DNA of 64,000 nucleotides from Trichinella spiralis (Eukaryota): NCBI RefSeq assembly GCF_000181795.1, contig NW_003526944.1, positions 4,966,055 to 5,030,054 of the forward strand, read 5' to 3'. Shown piece by piece: positions 51,068 to 63,280 of this stretch (position 1 is its first letter; each line of letters starts with the position of its first letter). The notes under the pieces were generated by a model. It saw only the letters and a program-made list of their open reading frames with translations, ran no database searches and was not told where the DNA came from. The position numbers and the translations under genes were made by a program.

Positions 51068-53310
51068 TCAAGCTTCATAATCTTCATCATCATCATCATC
51101 ATCTGCTGTGTCGACAGGCTCATCTTCAGTTTCTTCTTCACCATGTCCTTCCACATTTACAGCCAAGACGCTTTTCTCAGACTTACGTCTTCCCTAAATT
51201 TCCAAATGAATAATGCATGCTTTGTTATATACATATATATATATATATATATATTCAATCTCACTCCTGGAAATCCAAACGTCACCCAGATCGCATCAGC
51301 AATAGGCAATTTTGGTTCATCCACTGATAATACAGGTGGAGGTGGAGGTGAAGGTGCAGGTGCTTCAGTCTAAACAAATCAAAAATTACTCAAATCCAAT
51401 AAATAAAAGCTGTCATTTGTTTTTTATAAATCAATTTCTTCTTTTAAGTTCTACTCTTACAAATCGTCAACTTCTACATTGAATTGATATCTAATTCATT
51501 GCCATTAAATTATTTCTTGAAATAAAAAATAAATTCACCTTTTCTTCAGTTTTAATGTTCACCACAGTTTGATGCTTCAGTGCTTCAAACTCATATTTAC
51601 AAGCTAATGCAGCGGATTTTAATTCAAACAAAAGTACTAGCTCTGCTCGAAGCTCATTAAATTCATCGCTGATGTTATCATCCAAAACTTGTGGAATACA
51701 TTCTACAAAATTCAACACAATATTAACTTGATTTGATTGCATTATTTTAATAATAAATAAAAATTACCCATATTCAAAGCTGATAAACCTTGCTCAACGG
51801 CTTTGGTTTTCTTTGTTCCCAAAAGTGGAACAAGACGGGTGCGCTGACTTCTTAGGTATACACCATCCATTCGAATTTCTGGAAATTTTAACACTTGCAT
51901 TGCTGGCTTCCGCTTCTAAAAGTTATTAAAAAATTAATAAATGGAAGAAATATAAAGTTTATAAAACAGTTGCTTTTTGTTTTCAATTCAATATTAACCT
52001 GCACTAATATTTTGTCAGCAAGTGAAGTTCGAGACGAAGCAGGAGCTTTAATTTTTGCAACTGGGAGAGCTGGAGGTGTTACGGCAGATTCGGGAGCTTT
52101 ATTAATCGCAATCGCAGTACGTCGTCGAGGGACGGAGGGCCGTTCATCCGATAATTTGTGCAAATCTCTTGTTTTCTTTTCCCTGTCTCGTTTACGGCTT
52201 TTAATTTTTTCCAAAGCCATCAACAATTGCTTCTCTTCTTCAACCTGCTCTTTCGTACGGTTCCACAATTTCGTGGCTTGTTCGCGTCTTCTACGTTCGT
52301 GATCAGAATCAAACGGTGCCAACGTAGTACCTCTTGTCTTGAATGAAATTCCAACAATAATATAGTTCTACTTGCATAAAAACTAACCTTGCATTCATAC
52401 CTCAGCTAAACGATTGATTACATAGTAATAACGCTCTCGAAGATCATCCAATGATTTGGCCATCGAACCTGAGTCAACTAGAAAATAAAACAGTTAAGTG
52501 TGACACTGCAAAATATCATCATATACTGTGAAATACTTAATGACTGGTCAAACATTGCTCTGCAGCACCACTGATCATGTATCACAGCCCATCTGAATAT
52601 TTAAATTTGTCAATACAACAGAGATACACTACCCACAAATGTTTGTTACCTCAATGAAAACCTATCGCACATGTTCATCAACAGAATGGTTTCGTCTTCG
52701 GTCCAACCTTTTTCTCGTAAAAGCTCTCCGTATTCTTGAGAATTGAACCGAGGAATGGTCAACTTTGCATTAAATCGAGCAAAAGGATATACTGCTTTAC
52801 AATCTTCCTTTGAACACCAATGCTTCAGTTTCAGATTGTCCTTTAGTTCAAACAAACTGATGCAAAAATGATATAAATACTCAACGTGAAAGTGGAATTA
52901 CACTACGTGCAGGATTGGTAAACGATGTCCAAATCCATTTTTTAACTCCCTGTGTGCTAAATTTCGCTTTCGAAGTGGTCAGTCCCAAGTCCTTTTCGCG
53001 ACTGATGGTCGGGATCAATGTAATAGACCTAAAAAAAATTTTTTATTTTTATCATACCCAAATTATTCAATTCAATAACTCTTCAGTTTGGAAAGTCGCT
53101 TTTAAAATCATTGACAATTCCCGCTTCATTCGCACTTTTTTTTCTCTACTGAAATGAAATTATTATTTCAAAAAAAGCTTAACATTAATAAATTAAATAT
53201 TACTTAGAAGAACGAGATGAAGACTTTAAAGCTGGAAGTTGCTTTACAGTTTGATTGTTGTCTAAACTTGTCTTCTTTGGAATTTGCAAAATATCACGAA
53301 TGTCAGACAT
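51068..53310 (-). CDS. DMAP1: DNA methyltransferase 1-associated protein 1 (SWC4/EAF2; NuA4/SWR1 subunit); multi-exon
   Basis: MSDIRDIL, KKWIWTSFTNPAR, LKLKHW, YPFARFN, SANT WTEDETILLMNMCDRFSLRWAVIHD, DLRERYY, FDSDHERRRREQ..KLWNRT.EQVEEE, GVYLRSQR, EFNELRAELVLLFELK. Confidence 0.95.
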
Positions 53311-53937
53311 CTTTTATTCACTTTACAGCTGAAACCGAAATTTTCATAAAATTATGCATAAATATTTTACATAAAAATTATTTATTCAACTTTACCTGCA
53401 ATTCTGAAACACTTCTTATTTGAAAACACAACTCCTGTTAAATAGGGAATATGGCATTCAACTTTTTATTAAAGGCTGAACAATGAATGAATCACAAATA
53501 ATATGAAAACCCGTGCATACATAAATTCCTAGTCTAAAGTAAATTGTAATTTCAACAGTAAACAAAAATTCTCGCTTACTGAAACAAGTCAAAACTATGA
53601 AGAAAAACAAAACAACGCTAAGCTAAATTTCAAAACAGAATCCAATATACAGTATAACAGTAATGAAGAGCAATTATAAATTTAATATGGTCGCAATTCT
53701 AATTGAATAATGCAATGTATATATATATATTGAAAATTATCAAATGTAGCATTAAATAAATGTTTAAAATGCTTATATGTTTAGTAATAGCAAAGCATGC
53801 GCTCAGTAATTTACTTCATTTCTAGTATACTGTATTTACAGTGGTATAATAAAGTGTCAAAGAGAAGTTGTGCTTTGTGAGATATTGTTATATAGCATTT
53901 ATTTGTATTTCTTCAGATTACATATAATGCAAAAGAA

Positions 53938-55871
53938 ATGAATAAAACGTCGGCCAGAAAAATAAGTCGAAGGAAGAAAAAATATTGGCGGAAAGGTGCA
54001 AATATATCAGATGTGGAGACCTTTTTGGATGATGTCCGTGAACAAGAAAGATTACATGGATGTCAGCTACACTTAAAAAAAGATGAAGATTTATTCGAAA
54101 TTGATAAAACTCCCGGCTCGACGGCAGATTTTTCTATTAAAGCAAATGATTTTGATAGTCAAACAGCTTCACAGTCGGTTAAGTGAGTTATTTTTAACTT
54201 TTCAGGATTTGTGAATAATTTATTTATTGCTGTTTATTGGTTAAATAATTTCTCAACTGTATTCTGTTGGAAAATTTTTCTGTTAATAATTGTAAATTTC
54301 GTAAAACAATACTAGACACTGCATTTGTCATGTAGATCTTTTGAAGCTTAATTCGCCTTTGCACTTACTTTAAGCTTAAGTCATTTATGCAGATAATCAT
54401 ATAGTTCTCTTTTATCTTTTATTTGTAACTCTGTTACAAACTGAGGAAAATTGCATGAACTAATGTTTAAACTTGCGACATCTGAAAATTGCACTCACAA
54501 ATGTATATGTATACATTATAGTTCGTACACATATAAATGGTTGATTTATATTAGGGCACGTAATCGTCTCAGTCGGAAACAGCTGAAGAAGCTGCAATCA
54601 GTTCCGGTGCGTAGAAAAAAATATCGCAGAAAGAAAAGTGAAATTTGTTTCTCAAAAAGAACTTTTTACGACATCTGGGCAACGCCCGTTTCAAGTAATG
54701 CTTTTGGTTTTTCAGAATATTTCGTTTTCATGTTAAATTTCATTGCAGAAAACGCTGAAACACCCGAATTGGACGATTCACTGGTGGAACACTATTTGCG
54801 CCAAACTAAGAAACTTCCAGTAAAAGTACCGAATACGAGAAATATCATCGTCTCTACATGTCCTCATGTAGAGTCACCTCACGAAGGAACTTCTTACAAT
54901 CCAACAGAGGAAGCTCATCAGGTATATAAATATATATGCAGAATTTGTTTCAAATAATAAATGGTTATCAGATGAAATTATAATGCAGGATTTGTTAATA
55001 AAAGCATACGAAGAAGAAAAAACTAAGTTGGAAGCGAATGTTTGGGCACAGAATGCTATGAAAGTTCCAAAAAGTGAACCGATGGCTACAGAAGTAAATT
55101 GTTCAAAATGAAATTGAATTTAAAAAACTCAGATATGCTGATTTGAATTAAGGAGAGCCGATTGAAAGAGATGATGCAAGGATTAGTAGATGAGTCGGAT
55201 GAAGATGGTGGCGGTGTATCATCGGATGATGAAGAAAGTGTTGAAGAAAAGGTGCAAAAACGCAAAGCAGTATGTGAAAAAAGAAAAACAGTAGCTCAAC
55301 GTAAGCGAAAATTAAATCTTAAAAAAGCTGAACAAAGAAAATGCTTTGAAAAAAAGAAGCGAATGTATGAAAATGAGATTCACAGGTTAAGTTTCTGGTT
55401 TCTATTTTAAACTCATAAATTGAAACTTATAATGCGTGAACTGCAGAATAAAGTCTATCAATAAAGCAATAAATCAGATGGAATTGAATTGGAAACGTCG
55501 TGCTGAAATTAGAAAACAACGAATGGCAGAAAAGTTGAAAAAGCCGGCAAAGTTAAGTCGACATCCTTTTCTTGCCTCTGATCGTGAAGTTCTTCTGCCG
55601 GAAGAGTTACCTGACAGTTTGAGACTGCTTAAAGTATGCTTTGCAGTTCATTGCATATCACCAACTCAGTTAAGTGATTCATTTTGCACAGGTTGATTAA
55701 TCTGTACATTTTTAGCCAGAAGGACATCTGTTGACGGATCGATTTAAAAGCTTGCAGCAGCGAAATATATTGGAACCAAGAGTGAGATGTAAAACAAAGA
55801 GAAAGTACAAAAGAAAGCGATTTAACAAAAAAGGTGTATCAGAAGTTGATGCATCTTATATTCCCAGATAA
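53938..55871 (+). CDS. NOP53: Ribosome biogenesis protein NOP53 (GLTSCR2/PICT1); multi-exon
   Basis: SRRKKKYWRKGANISDVE, DEDLFEIDK (arch-interaction-like motif), YDIW, PHEGTSYNPTEEAHQ, RKTVAQRKR, LLPEELPDSLRLLK|PEGHLLTDRFKSLQQRNILEPR. Confidence 0.95.
54319..54483 (+). ncRNA. Candidate intronic H/ACA-like structured RNA in the first coding-region intron of NOP53
   Basis: Hairpin 1 CTGCAT/ATGCAG with upper AAGCTTAA/TTAAGCTT; hinge AGATAA (ANANNA) at 54391-54396; hairpin 2 TAGTTC/GAACTA with TTTGTAAC/GTTACAAA; ACA at 54478-54480 is farther from the stem than canonical. Confidence 0.3.
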
Positions 55872-57633
55872 GATTCATCATTGTGACATTACATGTTAAT
55901 GTTGATGGCAATTAGAATAACATTCGAAATAAAAACTCGTCGATAATTTAGTGACGTTTTGCGAATGGTCTGATCTTACATTTCACATAATACTCCCAAG
56001 TACAACCATCTAGAGTTATACATTGGTATGCGCCTACACCATTTCATTCTGATTTAAGCCAACCAATTGGAGAAACCTAATCACAGAACTGCCGAGTTGA
56101 TGGACAGTCTGTGCATCACTTTCACAAATCCATTTTTCACCATAATAATCAATGCAACCATGGATCGCATTTAAATTCCTCTATTCCTAAAAGAATTTGT
56201 TCAAAATTTTTAATTTATATAAAAGTACAACTTTCATATTTCTTCTTACTTCTTCATTTATAAAATTTACTGACAAAGTTAAATTATCCTAAATGAGATA
56301 AATTTTACAAAAGAATTTTAAGTTTAAACAAGTATTCATCGCTGCTTTACAAAAATTATATTCTTAAATGCAAAATAATTGGTTCAGTGACAAATAATTA
56401 CAATGGTTTCAATTTATCAGAAACGTTAAATTATTAATCACTGAAATACTGAAAAACAAAACAGATGAATAGTGATTCTCTTGTTACAGCAATAGCAATA
56501 GTATTTAAAATTTGTAATAAAAAAATTCTTAACTTATATTTATTTATGAAAGAAACCTTGTTAAATAAAATGTATGCAACATATTGTATGTACATAACAA
56601 ACCTTTGTTACACTGGAAAATTACAGTAATGCAAAGCAGTTTTACTTTACTTAATAAAAATAAAATAATACATCAATAAACTTTACAATCGAATGGAAAA
56701 TTAAACTCAAGATGTTTTCTTTAATCACTATTGTTCAAATTAAACAGTGAACAATATCTTACTTTAGTTTTAGATAAACGCTTTTAATCAATCTGCACCA
56801 ACTTCAAAAAATAAGCAGCTCATTTTAACGTTAAAAAAATAATTTCACGAAAACATTTTTACATTTTCTTCAACGAAACAGAACAAACAAACTAGAAAGC
56901 AAACTAAAAATTCTTGATGTTAAACAAATCTTAGTCGGTGCTTTACAATAACAAGAAATAAAAAAGCAACATCAACGGCATACTGTGTTCAAATAAAAAT
57001 AATCATACGTACATGATGTCAAATATTGTTGTCATTCATATTCAAAAAGTGACGTAATTTCAAACATAATCAAAATCAATAATGCAAATTCATCACAGGA
57101 GAAAAAAGTCACTACACATTTATGGAATAATTATGCATAAAAACAGAATCAAAACAGTTCTATCAAAATTTATTCCCAAAATTAAACTGAACTATAATAT
57201 TAAAGATAACAAGTTCTTACGGTGTACTGTATTGCAGAAGTTAGGTATAATATGCCAAAGTAAAACAATACTAATTGTGAAATGCATTAATATAATATGA
57301 AAATTCAATATATTGAACTTTTTTTTTACTATTGTCAAAAAATAAAGTTTAAAATCAATGAAAAACATGGAGTCAAATGAAAATAATTTAATCTCACTTC
57401 TTGCAGTTCTTGAAAATAATTGAAATCTAACAATCAAACAACGACGACAATTATTTGTCAGTAAATATGTCAACAAAATTGTTATTACATGTAAAAAATT
57501 AAATAAGAACAACAAAATGGCAATATTTGATTTCCTGTCAAAAAGTAAACATTTTCAAATGTTTTTTAATTTTAATATTCATATATAAGGTTGGTTTTGA
57601 GCTTGTATTTCGTATCGAAAGCTGTTGCAAAAC

Positions 57634-58704
57634 ATGCATTGCCAATTCATTCTCTCTTTGCTCCTTTTCTCTTTGAACGTCGTATTCTTCGAAGCCGCGT
57701 AAGGGAACTTTTAAATATGAAAAATATATTTCATGAAATTATTATTATTGTTATTAATAATCATTGATATTATGTATAGATTGTAAAAATAATAACATGA
57801 CATAAAATAATAATGTGAAGATAGTTATTATGACTTTGGTTAATTTTCAATATTTTTAGGAAATCACTGGATGCCGTAGACGTAATAGCCGGTTTCAAAA
57901 AATGTACTCTTTTGTTATAAAAAAAATTTTTTTTTCTCATAGGATGAATTAAAAAGATGTACTGAGAAGCAAACTGAAATTTGTGCTCAAACAGAATGCA
58001 AAGCAGAAGATGCAATTATGACAGATCTGCTTCTCGAGGGAGAAAGCGACATTACTGACCATCCTGACTTCCTTTTATACGCAACTTGCATGCAACGTTG
58101 CTGTGCAAGACTGAACGGCGTAATATATTTTTATTATTTGTTATTTATTTGTCTATTATTAAAAATATTTAAATGAATAATTTTCCAGGCTCAAGTAGCT
58201 CCATTGAAAGAAGAAGAAAAACGAAGAGGACCTTCAAAATTACCTGTAAATACACAAAATAATTATAATTTCTAAATAGAATAATAATATTATTAATTAT
58301 AGTTCCAAAGCATTTTTGAAGTTGCTGATCAAAAAACAGTTGAAAGATGTGATGAAACAATGTGCAAGAGTTATAGAAAGAAATATGAAAATTTGGTAGC
58401 ATTGACTTCAAGCTACAAAAAGCTACGATCAAGCCAAGAATTGAAAGACTACAAACAATGCATCGAAAGATGTGACGCAAAATTGAATGGATTACAGGTA
58501 CAGTAATTGCTTGAAACGTTAATGTAAGATTGAAATGAATTTAAATAATTTTTTCGTAATTTCAAAAGCATTCATTTAATTAATTAACAATTTCAAACTG
58601 CTCTACATATTTCATAATATTATGCATTGAAGTGAAATATTTCGTTTGCATACTTCTATGCAGATTTTCATCTTTTTATTCTAATTCTGTTCTATTTTTA
58701 GTAA
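57634..58704 (+). CDS. Secreted Cys-containing ES protein, copy A (Trichinella ORF17.20 / 21-kDa ES-like family as recalled); 5 coding exons plus a stop-only exon
   Basis: Spliced: MHCQFILSLLLFSLNVVFFEAAKSLDAVDDELKRCTEKQTEICAQTECKAEDAIMTDLLLEGESDITDHPDFLLYATCMQRCCARLNGAQVAPLKEEEKRRGPSKLPFQSIFEVADQKTVERCDETMCKSYRKKYENLVALTSSYKKLRSSQELKDYKQCIERCDAKLNGLQ|TAA; signal peptide; family name is from memory, not a search. Confidence 0.85.
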
Positions 58705-59754
58705 AGCCAGATATGAAGAATGAAGATATGCATTACAAAGAAAAATTTTAACTGAAATAATTTTTGTTATATAAAATCTATAAATATCATTTCTAACTGC
58801 ATTAGAATTTTTTTGAAGAAAAATAAAATAAAAAAATTCTTAATATAATTGTTACATGCATGCGCATATTAGTGCAAAAGTTCCAGCTTATTTAATTTAT
58901 GGTCACTCCTCAATCGTGAAATGGACAATTTAATAATTATTAATAATTAGTGAAATTAATCACATATTGATGTAGCGCTAACAAATCATACACCATTAAA
59001 ATACTCTATAGTACCACTGCAACATTGCAGAATCACTAAATGCGTAAAAACACGAAAAACAAACATAAAATTACAATTATGCATTTGACGAATGAATATC
59101 TTAATCAAAGTAATGAAAAATGAAAACAAAACGTTAATTTTAAAATTGCATAAATTCTTTATCCAATATATGAATATTTACTCAAATGTGCAAATGCAAA
59201 CAACTTTACCATTTGCTATCAAAAACGGTTCGACGATGAAGTTTTAATACACGGTTAAAAAGCACGAAACAGCAATGATGAACAACGATAAATGGAAAAT
59301 AAATTGCAGGCATTTGATTGAAATATCCATCCATTAATAATGTTGTATTATTTTAATAGTTCCACTGGACAAAATATTTGTGTCGCATGTGGACAGTTAT
59401 GCTAAAGTAAACAAAATTGAACACTTAATTTATGGATGCAAATTTAAAAACGTGCCCAAATAACAAAATGGAATTTGTCTTTCGAATGTGATTCGATGCT
59501 CAGGCAAGAGCACTAAGGTACTGTAAATTTACAAAGAATAAAATACTTATTTTGACCGTGAACATATTCTATTGCACACGCAATGTAAATATTAAATTTC
59601 TTCACGCGCTTTATGTATTACATGCAATTCGATATTAAAATTGTTACAAATGTATTGAATAAAATTTTTGAAGAAATTTGTCAAATTATTGTATCTCAAG
59701 TCAACGCGCAGAATAACTTTATTGAGTAACAAAAGGAATACAAAAGTAATTATC

Positions 59755-59757
<3 letters not shown>

Positions 59758-59835
<78 letters not shown>
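59758..59835. repeat. (CA)n microsatellite
   Basis: Direct reading. Confidence 0.97.
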
Positions 59836-59839
<4 letters not shown>

Positions 59840-60223
59840 CTCTAACTAACTTCCCCCCTAATCTGTCATGTCTACTACATAATCCAGTCTAACTAGTTTT
59901 TTGTAACACGTTTTCTTACAAGATTTCCTTCAAGGTACATAACACAATTATTAATACAGTAAAATGCAAAAAATGCATTTTTTTAAAGTTTACATTTTAA
60001 AAATTATAAATCCTATTACAATGGCTAATAATAATTTTGGAAATGTTGGCTCTCAATTTAGTATTGCCATATATTCATCAATGTATTGCTTTGCAATAAA
60101 TATATATACTAATTTTTTTTCTAAAAGCAATAAAATGTACGTAATTTAATATTTAGTTTGATGCAAATTTCAAATTTACATTATATTTACAAGTACTTTA
60201 ACTTATATCGTTATAATATATAA

Positions 60224-60660
60224 CAACGCTCTCCAAACCATGGCCAGCGGCTAGCATGCGATCTGCCTCTGTATCTGATTTCACACGTGAAAAAATAAAA
60301 CAACAATTTGGATCCAATGCGTGTTAGATATTGTAATTTTTATTCTACCTAGCACCGATAACGTAGCATCAACGTAAGATCTGACTTTCAATCGGATCAT
60401 TTTTATACATGCACAAATTAAAAAGATTTTTTAAATTACCTCCCAAAGAAAGATATTTGAAATTGAGGCACTTTGGATTCAAAATATGCTCAATGCTTGG
60501 AAGCACATAAGCACATGTCTTTGCAAAAGTACTTTTTAACTTTGAAATTCATTAAATCAAAATACGGGTGTTTATTGGCAGATAAATCTTTTTTAAATTT
60601 ACAGCAGTTGTCAATTACAATCATCGACATTGATATATAGTTACTCTGGTAAATGAAATC
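60224..60660 (+). mobile_element. hAT (Charlie/Buster, GTF2IRD2-like) transposon relic
   Basis: 5' end CAACGCTCTCCAAACCATGGCCAGCGGCTAGCATGCG resembles Charlie-type subterminal sequence; ~60425-60645 translates DFFKLPPKERYLKLRHFGFKICSMLGST*...CLCKSTF*TLKFIKSKYGCLLADKS...IDIDI, the hAT C-terminal dimerisation motif (FGSTY.CE..FS.MK..KSK.R..L.D). Confidence 0.75.
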
Positions 60661-61289
60661 TGAAGAAAAGTAATTTCCATTTTGAACTTATTACTAACAA
60701 TAAAGGACAAAAAATTATGAATTTAAGATGAGGTAAATTTTTCATCATTTGCATTATATCAGTAATCATTTGTTCTCAATACGGTTACTATTAATTTGCG
60801 AATATTCGAAGAATTTGCATGCTTTTCTTGTCTGCGCTGTTGGGAAAAATATTTCCTTCCGTGTTGTATTACGTGCATTTTGTTGTTTTATAGTTATTAC
60901 GCATCATACGAACAAGTTTATTTGCTTAAGTTCAAATTAATACATAAATCAAACATTCATTTCCTAAAATAAAGCCATAATAAATATTTTTCTATTGATA
61001 CATATGCTTATATCAAAAATAAATTTTCCATAAAATAAAAATAAATTAAATTTTCTACTTGTAATTCTTGAAAATATTTGAAAACCGCATTGAAACAAAG
61101 TACAGTGAACAGTTTGTTCAGCATTATTATTTCAGCAAAAATATTATTTCCTCAATTAATAAGAACATCAAAAGCATAATATTTAATTTACAATCAAAAG
61201 TTTAAACACCTTTATGTGCTTGAAATTTTGATATGCATATATAAAACAGATCCTGAGATGGGATATCAGATCGAAATATGGTACAAAAC

Positions 61290-62113
61290 ATGCATTGCCA
61301 ATTCATTCTCTCTTTAGTTTTCTTCTCTTTGAATACCGTATTCTTCACAGCCGGGTAATGATAAACATGAGACATTTTTTTAAATATTATTAAGATCATT
61401 TAAATTATGTATACATTTTTTAAATGTAAAGTAAAATGAAAATGTGAAGATAGTTATGATGACTGTTTGATTGATTTTTAATTTTTATAGGGATTCACTC
61501 GACGCCATAAACGTAATAACTGGTTTCAAAAGGTGTACTTTTTTTCTCATTAAAAATTTTTCTCACAGGATAAATTAAAAAGATGTACTGAGAAGCAAAC
61601 TGAAATTTGTGCTCAAACAGAATGCAAAGCAGAAGATGCAGCTATGACGGACCTGCTTCTCGAGGGAGAAAGCGACATTTTTGATCATTCTGACTTTACA
61701 TCATACGCAACTTGCATGCATCGTTGCTGTGCAAGACTGAATGGCGTACTGTGCATTTATTATATGTTGATAGGAATAATTTTTTAAATGCAAGTAATAT
61801 TTTCCAGGCTGCAGTACCTCCACTGAAAGAAGGAGAAAAACGAAGAGGACCTTCAAAATTACCGGTAAATACAGAAAATAATTATAATTTCTAAATAGAA
61901 TAATAATATTATTAATTATAGTTCCAAAGCATTTTTGAAGTTGCTGATCAAAAAACAGTTGAAAGATGTGATGAAACAATGTGCAAGAGTCATAGACAGA
62001 AATATGAAAATTTGGTAGCAAGGACTTCAAGTTATAAAAAGCTACGATCAAGCCAAGAATTGAAAGACTACAAAGAATGCATCGAAAGATGTGACGCAAA
62101 ACTGAATGGATAA
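61290..62113 (+). CDS. Secreted Cys-containing ES protein, copy B (tandem paralog of 57634-58704)
   Basis: Same five-exon structure; MHCQFILSLVFFSLNTVFFTAGDSLDAINDKLKRCTEKQ...CIERCDAKLNG*; stop at 62111-62113. Confidence 0.85.
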
Positions 62114-62609
62114 CAGGTAAAACATTGTCAATCAGTGTCAGCATCAGATGGAGAGGTATTCATATAAATTTTTTTTACAAACTTGAAATACTTCATTTGA
62201 TGAGTTAATCAGATTGCACAAAATTGCACTGAAGTAAAATAATCTTATGCTGAAGTTTCTCGTATTTTTTTTAGAAAATTTTATGCTAATTCTACTCTTT
62301 GTTTAGTCATTGCAGAAATGAAGAATGAAAAATAAATAATACGCAGAATCATCAGTATTTGAATGAAACACTTTTAATGAAAATTGTGAATATCATTCAT
62401 TAACTGCATTAATTGAATTTCAGTAAAAAGTACAATTCTCCATGTATTCGTTTGTATAAAAGAAAGCGCACCATATATTTTATGAATTTGAATTTTGTTA
62501 TATTTAAAGTACTTATGTATAAGAACAAGTTTATTTGCTCAAGCTCAAATGATTAACATAAAAAATGCCGCTTATTAGAAAAATTTCCATGCTATCCGAA
62601 CTGTTTTTA

Positions 62610-63280
62610 CTATTTCAAAATGATGTCTGATTCTTGTGCCTCTTTTATCAAGTGTCTTAAGAGAAGAGCTTTGTCGTTTTGTGAAAAGTTGAGAAATTCT
62701 TCATTAATACAAAGAGAACCCCAGGTATTTTTATCACAAGGTGTTGGCATGTCAGTACCTGATATATGGCAAATTTGTAAGCAAAGAATATAATTAGCAT
62801 CATGTTCAGAACATTCGGCACATTCAGGTTTCTTTTCACAATCCTTTTCGCAATCGTCATTTCTTTTTATACACGCGTAGCAAGAGGCATACGGATCTGG
62901 AGGTGGTAATGTAGTGCTTTGGAAGCTGCAGCATTGCTTTGGAATGCAATTTTCAGGACATGCAATCAGCTTTAGATGGTAATTTTAGAATTAGTATAAA
63001 CATGGATAATAAATCTTACTTTTTGATTACAAGAACAGTCTACTTGTTGTGGTGTGTTAGAATCTGCTGTCAGCTGCTTTCCACAGTTGGCTGTGCCAGG
63101 AGGATTGTTCTGTGAGCAATCTACACAGGATCTATGTGAATCAGTAGCAGGTGCAGGTGTAGTTACTATCTGCTGGACATTAGGAAAGCATTGACGCTTT
63201 GGACGATCTCTAGTCTCTTCAGGTGTACTGCACACGAAAACGACACTTAGCAGCACAATAAGCACTATCGCTTCGTGCAT
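62610..63280 (-). CDS. Secreted cysteine-rich pre-pro-protein (206 aa; exons 63280-63020 and 62969-62610)
   Basis: Signal MHEAIVLIVLLSVVFVCS; RPKR furin-type site followed by Q; phase-0 50-nt GT-AG intron joins to LIACPENCIPKQCCSFQSTTLPPPDPYASCYAC...ESDIILK*; 20 Cys after the RPKR site. Confidence 0.8.

Noticed and set aside
55975..56190. Minus-strand exon-like block downstream of NOP53
   Set aside because: No frame open end to end and no recognisable motif
59592..59892. CV-repeat and TH-repeat ORFs
   Set aside because: Translations of the (CA)n microsatellite
58169..62144. Minus-strand 103-aa and 147-aa ORFs
   Set aside because: Antisense shadows of the plus-strand ES genes
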